A stretch of DNA of 61,642 bases, the filler included, from Trichosphaerium sp. ATCC 40318 (Eukaryota; Protista; Tubulinea): NCBI GenBank assembly GCA_038496445.1. It is 3 parts of 3 records of this genome, joined end to end, with 100 filler letters (N's around TTAATTAATTAA, not from the genome) between each part and the next. Parts side by side here need not be neighbours in the genome. Positions count along the whole stretch, not along the records: positions 29,008 to 58,528 come from JALMLS010000430.1; positions 58,629 to 61,642 come from JALMLS010000162.1; 1 more part is not named here. One strand, 5' to 3'. The first letter of the stretch is position 1. Each line of letters opens with the position of its first letter. The notes beneath the pieces are model-generated. The model had not been told where the DNA came from and made no database searches. It saw nothing but the letters and a program-made list of their open reading frames with translations. Shown here in pieces: positions 50,343 through 59,867 of the stretch. The position numbers and the translations under genes are program-made.

Positions 50343-51982
50343 ATGAGTGAGCCGAAGAGGACTAAGGAAAATGAGAGCTTTGTAAATGACAGTGCTTATA
50401 TAGATAAGGTGTATGGTGCGTGTGTAGTTTAAACCTATCTACAACTTTTGTATTTATTCTAGTACAGCAGAAATCAGTCGCGACACTGCTTTGGTGTTGC
50501 CAGAAGATAACTCTTCCAGTAACGAAAAGGCGAATACCAACACTATTATTCAAACAGATATCCAAACAGTAGTGTGTCCAAAGCAATGGTACGTGTACTC
50601 CTCTGCCAAGCCAGTACAATTTTGACTATTCTAGGATTCCTACGTCAGACCTAGACCCACTGATTATATTCAAACATTGTGGTCGTCGATTTGAGTTTAC
50701 GAAAGAGCAACTTCTAAAGTATGAGGATTCTATGTTTGCACAACGTTTTATAAGAAGAGTGCTCCAAACGCCAAACAATCTGATATTTGAACTAAACGAC
50801 GTGTACGTTGATTGATACTAGAGTTTTTGCTCACTACCAACAAACAGGCGCTATTCGTCTGTCTTTCCAACAATCATGGAGATAATGAAACAGCAAAACC
50901 CGCAATTACCAACAGGCGATGCAGCTAAAGTTAAAGAAGTGAATGACGCACTGAACTATTTCGGTGTGCGACTTCCAGGGAGTACGCTATGGCTAAAAGT
51001 TTGGTCTAACTTGTGTGTTCAGGCTTGTCGCCGTCAAATACTTTCGCTGCTATACAGGAGCTTTTGGATAGCCTGAACGCTAACTCAGTCTTACAAAACA
51101 GAGTAAGTTGATTGAGATGAATTGGTTATTAACATATTCAATAGGCTAATTTGGGCGAATTTGATTACGTATTCAATTTGGATCCCTCAACGGAATATTT
51201 ACTGTCAGCCAATGCTACAGCAATATTAAATGAATATTGCAACAATTGTGACTTTGCTTTGGTACAAAATCCTTCATGAACCGCAAATAACGTTACGTGT
51301 TTAGTCGTACAAAATTGAAGCAAATTCTTTCTACTTTATGTGGGATGACTCAAACATAAGCGACGATATTAAAAAAAATGCCTACGAGAATATTAAGAAA
51401 GGAAGTTTTCATCAGTGCAACAGCTTATGTATGAAAGTTCTGTTTTCACTATTAACTGTATCTAGGCGAGAGGTTGTGGGCAACCGCTGTGTTTGTAAAC
51501 TGGCAGCCTGTTAGAGCATATGACATAGCCATTGCCAATGCATATGAAGAACAGGTTGACAAACAAGCTTACGAGTTTGGTTTTTCGATAACGAATACTG
51601 AACGCCAAATCACAGGCGTGGTGCTAAACATTCACTTTGACATATCCATGTGCGTATCTGGTATAATAGCTCAAACCTCATTTGTTTACTAGCCATGGCG
51701 ACTTTTTTCTCAAATCAGGTTCTCTGCATACGCAAAAATTAGAAGAGCACGTGTGGGCAAAATGTCGAAAATCAGTACGTAAAGAAAATCAAGCCCATCT
51801 AATTGTTTTCAAAGAAAATTGTTCGTCGCAATGGCGTGCATGAGGGCAAACTGTACGCTTTTTGGTTCGAGGTAAAAAGTGTGGGTACCCTAGTTTCGGA
51901 GCATATCCAAACAAAGATGCAAGCACGCGACATTGTACAAGAACCAAGACCAGAAGAAGATCTACTTTTGCCAAACATTTAA
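50343..51982 (+). CDS. Divergent BTB-family gene, subfamily B
   Basis: MSEPKRTK; IFKHCGRRFEFTKEQLLKYEDSMFA..|RYSSVFPTIMEIMK..DALNYFGV (BTB); ERLWATAVFVNW; ends IVQEPRPEEDLLLPNI*. Confidence 0.75.
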
Positions 51983-52116
51983 AAAACAGTCTGCAACAGC
52001 GCAAAGAGTTAATAAAAACATCAAAATGGTCTCTTTTTACAAGTACTTGCTTAATCAACGCATTTAAGTGGTTGTAACGGTATTAAATAAAATTAAGCTG
52101 AAACAACGACATCGTA

Positions 52117-53634
52117 ATGTCTGAACCACAAAAAAAGAAGAGAAAGCTCAACCCCAAGACTGAACCAACCGCAGCAAATACAAAAACGTTAGTAGCACCA
52201 AAAGAAAGTGCGATACAGTTTAAATGTGGTGAGTTTAGCTTCACACTATCGGAGGAGCTTCTCAACGCGTATCCATCATCTCTTTTTGCGTCAAAAGTAC
52301 ATTTTGAATCACTACAAGATAATTCATCAGCACCAACCATTTTGGAGGAATGTAAGTACGTGCGAAGACTCTGTAGTATTTATAGATGCATTTTTTAACC
52401 AAAATCAGCCATTCAAAGTATCTACCGACAATCTTGAGTTTGATGAAAAGTGAAATACTGTCGAGTATAGAAGATCCTGCAAATTTATGGTTTGCAGCTG
52501 AATACTATGGTGTACCTGTCGAATGGGAAAAACTAAATATGTTTGTGGGCACGTACATGTTATTATTCATGGCTTACGACAATCTAGTAAACAAACTTCC
52601 AATTGTGGCAACTACGTTCCTTTTCAAAAAAATACAAAAAAAGTTCAAGTCCGTTGCATCTACCCTAAGAAAAGCAGTAAGTTCTTACTGCAAGAACTAC
52701 CAACACATTTTGATCTTAAATACTAGGCGGCTGTTGGTAGAACTATGACTATTATTGGTGATGAAAAAGACTGTTTATTTATACAGACAAGATATGGTAG
52801 AACTGCCTTAAAAAAGTACTGTGAAAGGGCTGCCTTGGTATGGCTCCAACAAGCTTCGCAGTACACTAACCTCGCTTATTAGCATATTAAATTTACAAAA
52901 AATACCGATGAACGTTTTGAAGCAGCAATTTGTTGGAGTGATGACGATGTTGGGCCTGAACTTGTAGGGACGAGGTGTATTGCAGCAATTTCAGGAAAAT
53001 TTTGGGATTTTGCTAACTTGAGTATGCTTGTACTTGTGTTAATGTACCTTACCTGAAGTATGTTGTTTTAGCTGAAGAGTTATGGGCCAAATCTCAATAC
53101 TACATATGGAATACGGTATATGCAAAGAAACCACGGTTTCTTTCTGGCTATCTTCAACGAGGAACAATAGGAGCATCAACGTTTACAGTACTTTGTCGTG
53201 ATTGGAAGTATGACAGACATGGCATAACCTGTGACTTTATGTTTGACACTCAGTACTGCATTCTCTATCCAATTATTTATTACTGACTTCTGTTACAGTC
53301 CAAAAGATATTCCCAATGCATTGGACCTTGTGAAAAATGCACAAATGCGAAATAAGCTACGCCGGCTGATGTGTGCCTTCTTGGAAGTAGCAGTACGTTA
53401 TCTTCGATGTTTTACTCACAAAATCCCTTTTGTACTTACAAATTGCGCCAGACGTTTGTGGAAGAAAAAATCGTCAAAGAAGACGCATTTATCTTCATAT
53501 TTACATATCCAAAAATTGATGAATCTGTGCTTGATGATTATCTGCCTATCTACGATCCTGAACCTTATCAAAAAGATGAAACAATTCCTGAGACACTACA
53601 TTTTCCACACTTAGACTTTGTGCCTAAGAGATAA
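52117..53634 (+). CDS. NLS-BTB/POZ family protein, subfamily A (8 exons, ~390 aa)
   Basis: All exons splice in frame from MSEPQKKKRKLNP to PETLHFPHLDFVPKR*. Confidence 0.9.
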
Positions 53635-54023
53635 CTAATATGTATCACCTCAAGTGAATCAATAAACTACAGATGTAAGATTACGAATTAACCAATTCAC
53701 AAGTTACATGAAGATAAATGATGCTAGTTTACCGAATACAGGAGGCGCCGAAGGATAGTTCCTAAGTTTTTTCGGTGATTGTTTTATTGTCTGCGACTTT
53801 AATAACAAGGGTCTCAGGCTTGTGACCAAGCGGTCAAGCGAAGAGACGGAGGTCTCCTCCAATGTGGTGTTGTTTTTGTTTCTAATGGACCATAGGATCT
53901 AGCGTTTCTAACGTTTTCTCACCGCCAACACAAAAAGTTTGATAGTGCATGTTACAAGTTCCTGTTTACGGACTCAAAATGACACTTTCATTTTCAATCA
54001 AAGCAAACTTTTACGACAACAAC

Positions 54024-55463
54024 ATGTCTGAACCTCAACAAAAGAAGCGAAAATTGAATCCAACAGCTGAAACAAGCGCAGCAAAAACAGAAAGCTCAAT
54101 ACAGTTTAAATGTGGCGATTTTAGCTTCACACTATCGAAGGAGCTTCTAAACGCGTATCCATCATCTTTTTTTGCGTCTAAAGTACATTTTGAATCACTA
54201 CAAGAAAATTCATCAACAACAACGCTTTTGGAGGAATGCAGGTGCGTGAAGACTCCTTCATAATTCACAATGTGTCGCTGATAACAAACCAGTCATTCAA
54301 AGTATCTACCGACAATCTTGAGTTTGATGAAAAGAGAAAAACGCTCAAGTATAGAAGATCCTGCTGGTTTATGGTTTGCAGCTGAATACTATGGTGTACC
54401 TGTTCAATGGGAAACACTAAATATGACTGTGGGCACGTGCTTGCAATGGTTAAGTAAGCTTACAACCAATCTAGCTAACAAGCTTCCAATTATGGTTATT
54501 ACATACCTTCTATCAGAAATACAAAAAGAGTTTCAGGCCCTGGAATCTACCTTAAGAAGTGTCGTAAGCTTTTTTCTACTTACGCAGAATGCCAATCTTG
54601 TATATAGGCGGCTACAGGTAAAACTACAAGTGTTATCGGTAATGAAAAAGACTGCGTATTTGTCCATACAAAATTTGGCAGAACTGCTTTAGAAAAGTTC
54701 TGTGAAGACTGTGCCTTGGTATGGTTCCAGCTGGTACTTGACAGTACAAACTAACCCATCTGTTAGCATGTTAAATATACAAAAGATAGCGAAGGAAAAA
54801 TTGAAGCAACAGTTTGTTGGAGTGACGCTGAAGTTGGACCTCAACTTGTAAACAAGAGGGGTATTGATGCAATTGCAGGACAATTTTGGGATTTTAAAAA
54901 CTTGAGTATGTTCTTGATCTTTAAGTAAACTCCCTAATACTTGTTTTAGCAGAAGAGTTATGGGCCAAATCTCAGTATTGTACATGGCACACAATTTTTA
55001 ACAAAAAAGAAGGGGTACGTCCGGAATATCTTGCTAAGGGAACACAAGGAGCATCAAGGTTTATTATACTTTGTCGTGATTGGAAGCATACCAGCGCAGC
55101 AAATATACCTAATGATTTTATACTTAATACTCAGTACGTTGCTATAAAGTGTTTTTTATCTAACTATTTGTAGTCCAGATGATATAGCTAATGTAAAGGC
55201 GCTTGTGAAAAATCCACTCATGCGAGGAAAGCTTGTTGGTTTGCTTTGTATCCTGTTGCATATAGCAGTATGTTTAGCGTTTGTCTTTTATGTCATTCCT
55301 TATGCTAACAATTGATTAGACGTTTGTGGAAGAAAAGATATACACTCCAAATGTATTTACCATCACATTGTCGTTTCCAAAAATTGATGAGGCTATGCTT
55401 GATGCCTATCTACCTATCTATAGATCCACATATCAAAAAGACAAAACAGTACCTAGGATATAG
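54024..55463 (+). CDS. NLS-BTB/POZ family protein, subfamily A
   Basis: MSEPQQKKRKLNP...; same exon series, ending YLPIYRSTYQKDKTVPRI*. Confidence 0.85.
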
Positions 55464-55709
55464 GACATAATTATGTAAACCTAATACTAATGCAAACAAT
55501 TTTAAAACATTCCCTTGTTGTTATTCTTGTTGCTATGTGAATGTACAGCAAACAAACTTCAAGATTATATACAGACAAAGAATGCTGCAAAGCGTGAATG
55601 TGAACCTTAGAGATAGCACGTGTCTTCTGACCTTTCCTGATTAAGACTTCTCGAAAGAAGAATAGTATTGGAGTCAACAAACTAAGCAACTCCACTTCTG
55701 ACGCCAATC

Positions 55710-57230
55710 ATGTCTGAACGACAAAAAAAGAAGCGAAAATTGAATCCAACAGCTGAAACAAGCGTAACTAAAACAGAAGCATCAGTACAACCTATATTAA
55801 GCTCAATACAGTTTAAATGTGGTGATTTTAGCTTCACACTATCGAAGGAGCTTCTAAATGAGTATCCATCATCTCTTTTCGCGTCTAAAGTACATTTTGA
55901 GTCATTACAAGATAACTCATCAGAAATAACGCTTTTGGAGGAATGCAGGTAGGAATCGCACGTAGACTAGTAGTGCTTACTTTTATTGATAAACCAGTCA
56001 TTCAAAGTATCTATCGACAATCTTGAGTTTGATGAGAAAAGAAGCACAGACAAGTATTGAAGATCCTGCAAACTTATGGTTTGCAGCTGAATACTACGGT
56101 GTACCTGTTGTGTGGAGGCATATAAATATGCTTGTGGGCACGTGTGCGTTACTGTTTAGCGAACTAACAACAATCTAGTACACAAGCTTCCAATTGTAGC
56201 AACTACATACCTTCTCAAAGAAATACAAAAAAAGTTGAGGTCTCTTGCATCTAAACTAAGAAAAGCAGCAAGTTCTTTCACTATGACTCTTTCGCCTGAC
56301 AAAATGCTGACTTGATCTACTAGGCATTTGTTGGTAGAACTATGAGTGTTATTGGTAATGAAACAGACACTGTATTTGTTCAGACAAGATTTGGTAGAAC
56401 TGCTTTAGAAAAGTACTGTGACAGCGCCGCCTTGGTACGTTCACAACTAGGGCTTCACAGTACAAACTAACCTCACTTATTAGCATGTTACATTTACAAA
56501 GAATAAAGATAACCGTTTTGAAGCAGCAATTAGTTGGAGTGATGACGATGTTGGGCCTGAAGTTGTAAAGAAGAGGTGTATTGCAGCAATTTCAGGAAAA
56601 TTTTGGGATTTTGCCAACTTGAGTATGCTTGTACTTGTGTTAATGTACCTTACCTGAAGTATGTTGTTCTAGCTGAAGAGTTATGGGCCAAATCTCAATA
56701 CTACATATGGAATACAGTATTCAAAAAAAAATATAGGCTACTACAAGGCTTTCTTCAACGGGGAACAAAAGGAGCATCAACGTTTACAGTACTTTGTCGT
56801 GATTGGAAGTATGACAGACATGGAGTAACATGCGACTTTATGTTTGACACTCAGTACTGCATTCTCTATCCAATTATTTATTACTGACTTCTGTTACAGT
56901 CCAAAAGATATTCCCAATGCATTGGACCTTGTGAAAAATCCACAAATGCGGAAAAAGCTCCGTAATATAATGTGTGCCTTCTTGGAAGTAGCAGTAAGTT
57001 ATCCTTGAGTTTTCTCAAAAAACCGCTAGCATTATTACTAACGCTGTGATAAGATGTTTGCACGAGAAAAGATAGTCAAAGAAGACGCATTTATCTTCAT
57101 ATTTCTTTATCCAAAAATTGATGAAGCAATGATTGATGCGTATCTGCCTATCTATGGTCCTGAACCTTATCAAACAGACGAAACAATTCCTGTGACACTT
57201 CACTTTCCACACTTAGACTTTGTAGACTAA
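55710..57230 (+). CDS. NLS-BTB/POZ family protein, subfamily A (mosaic)
   Basis: MSERQKKKRKLNP...; 3' part nearly identical to 52117-53634, ending LHFPHLDFVD*. Confidence 0.85.
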
Positions 57231-57514
57231 AAATTAAGTTTGTGTACAAGCTTAAGACAGTGAGTGAATCAATAAACTACAACTTCATAGACGTATTAAT
57301 TTAATCAAAGGAATTGACTACCAGTAATCCCAGTATTGAGCTTTCAGTACATTGTAGCAAGCAATATTAAACGTTGAATAAACATGATCGTACCCATTTT
57401 ATCAACGAGGTATGGATTATTAAGGTTATGAGTAATGCCAAACTGAAATTTGAATCAACACGTCTTGAAATGTGACACTTTAGTTTCACTGAACAAAATG
57501 ACAGTGCATTATCT

Positions 57515-57651
57515 ACGTAAATGAAACTTTCGCTATTTGGTTCAATATAAAAGATATGGCTACTACCGTTTCAGAGCATATTAAAGAAAAAATGCAAGCT
57601 CGGGAAATCGTTCAAAGTCCCAGACACGAAGTTGCTGAAGAGGAGATTTAA
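57515..57651 (+). pseudogene. Last-exon relic of a subfamily B gene
   Basis: NETFAIWFNIKDMATTVSEHIKEKMQAREIVQSPR aligns with LYAFWFEVKSVGTLVSEHIQTKMQARDIVQEPR at 51850-51952. Confidence 0.65.
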
Positions 57652-57803
57652 TTCTCCCACAACAGGATTTGTATTTTTCGAAACAACATCTACAGTTCGA
57701 CCTTAAATAAACATCAAAAAAACAAGTAATTTTTTGTGCTTTATTAGTCAACGTGTTTAAGTGTCAAACCCTGAACATTTACTTATAATCAACCGTAACA
57801 ATC

Positions 57804-58528
57804 ATGTCTGAACCACAAAAAAAGAAGCGAAAACTGAACCCAATCCCTGAAAAAAGCGTAGCAAAGACAAAAGCGTCAGTATCAACAGCACAAAGAGCAA
57901 CACAGTTTAAATGTGGTGATTTTAGCTTCACACTATCGGAGGAGCTACTCAACGCGTACTCATCATCTCTTTTTGCGTCTAAAGTACATTTTGAGTCATT
58001 ACAAGATAATTCAGCTAAAATAACTCTGTTGGAGGAATGCAAGTACGTATGAGACTAATGCAAATACTAAGCTCCCTTGAAATAACGAAAAACCAGTCAT
58101 TCAAAGTATCTACCGACAATCTTGAGTTTTATGAAAAAAGAAGTACTGCCAAGTGTCGAAGATCCTGCAAATTTATGGCTTGCAGCTGAATACTATGGTG
58201 TACCAATTCAATGGAAAAAACTAAATATGCTTGTGGGCACGTGCTTGTTATTATTCAGCGAACTTACAACAACGTAGCTAACAAGCTTCCTATTGTGGCA
58301 GTTACATTCCTGTTAGCAGAAATACAAAAAGAGGTGACGGTCCTTGAATGCGCGCTACGAAAAGCAGTAAGCTTTTTTCTACAACTTACATATACATGAA
58401 TTCTAATTTATGTATTAGGCGGCCATTGGTATAACTACGAGGATTATTGGCAATGAAAAGATTGCGTATTTTTACAGACAAAATTTGGTAGAACTGCCTT
58501 AGAAAAAGTTTTGCAATGACTATTCTTT
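57804..58528 (+). CDS. NLS-BTB/POZ family protein, subfamily A, 5' half (cut by gap)
   Basis: MSEPQKKKRKLNP...QFKCGDFSFTLSEELL...LWLAAEYYGVP...NKLPIVAVTFLL. Confidence 0.8.
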
Positions 58529-58628
58529 NNNNNNNNNNNNNNNNNNNNNNNNNNNNNNNNNNNNNNNNNNNNTTAATTAATTAANNNNNNNNNNNNNNNN
58601 NNNNNNNNNNNNNNNNNNNNNNNNNNNN
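58529..58628. other. Artificial contig-joining linker
   Basis: 44 N + TTAATTAATTAA + 44 N. Confidence 0.97.
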
Positions 58629-59867
58629 AGAAAGTTTACGTCACTCACCATATTTCCTTGCACACGGCTTGGAGGCTTGGTTCCCGAAGTGGAAAACTTT
58701 CAAAGGGTTGAAGGAAACGAAGGACGGGATGCTTTGCGGAAGTTGCAAAAGGCGAGAATGCATGCCCGAGAAATTCTACAAGAATCACAAAGAAAGCAAA
58801 ACACTATTATGATCGTAAACGGCAGGAATCAAGATTGGAGTCGGCGAATTAGTGTTGCTCACAAAAGTTCGAAGAAACAAAATTGGTCCAAGATGGTATG
58901 GTCCATTTAGAGTATGGAAAGTCTTGTCACGAAACCGAGTTGTGATTAAGCACTGCCTAAAGGACAACACGTTTCGAACTGTAAACGTGGATCAAATAAG
59001 CCGTACATGTTGCGCCATGATTCCACAGAAGAAAAGAAGATATCTCAAAAGATAGAGATTGTTTCCTTAGAGAATGTGCGCTGGAGAGGACACAATTATG
59101 AATACCTAGTCATCACCAGTGAGAAAACTAAGGATGGAAGAAGTTCACAGACCTCAATAAGGATCAAAGACGGAAGTTGCAGAGATTGATCAAGAAATTT
59201 CTCAATAAGAGAAATGCAACATCCTTGCGCGAAATTTTGCAAAAGGAGGAGGAGAGTGAGACGATAACAATTGTCGTAGAAAGAAGTGCAGTTGCTGAAG
59301 ATATAACCTCGGAGCCAAAGATTACTGTCGAAGCACAGAACCAGAAGAAGCGGCGGAGTGGAAGAAAATCAGGAGAGCACAAAAGAAATCATAACACCCG
59401 AAGTTCAATTGGAAGTTCCAACGGAAGACACAATTGAAAAGAACCAGGAAGAAATTGTAGAGACCAAAGAGAAAAGTCGGAATCTGGCTAAACACCGAAA
59501 GAAATCAAAGAAGTCACGAAGAAAGAAACCTACAGGGAGCTTGTATCAAGAATTCAAACATATTCAATTAAACACGGTGAAAAGAACAAAGAGAAGACTT
59601 CGACGGAAAGCAGCAGCGCGAAAGCAAGAGGAAGCTACGCGGCTGAAGAAGGAGGCTTAGTTTAGAAGGAGGGTGATGTGACGGGGTCACAGGCATTCAT
59701 AGGGGTTCACGACGTGAAGGACGCTTCACAGAAGAACACCTCTTGCGTCACTTACAAGTGTTGGTTCTTGGGAGATTCAGAGAATAATAGAATGAACAAA
59801 ACGCGAGTTGTGACACAATAAACATTATCTTTTTATTCAACAAACCATTCAAGGTCTACTTGTCATA
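58629..59867 (+). mobile_element. 3' end of a degenerate Gypsy element (integrase C-terminus, chromodomain-like relic, PPT, 3' LTR 59677-59867)
   Basis: Frameshifted KIGPRWYGPFRVWKVL (GPY/F motif), VRWRGHNYEYLV, and a K/E-rich tail to stop 59660. PPT AGAAGGAGGGTGA, then TGTGAC...GTCATA containing AATAAA. Confidence 0.8.

Noticed and set aside
32330-58050. Periodic conserved repeat with variable intervening DNA as a CRISPR-like or DGR system
   Set aside because: The repeats are coding exons of paralogous genes. Differences are not adenine-specific, and the RTs here are LTR-retrotransposon type.
5533-58528. Stop-codon reassignment to explain fragmented ORFs
   Set aside because: Fragmentation is explained by short introns. 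TAA, TAG and TGA all terminate genes, and remaining in-frame stops are confined to decayed copies.
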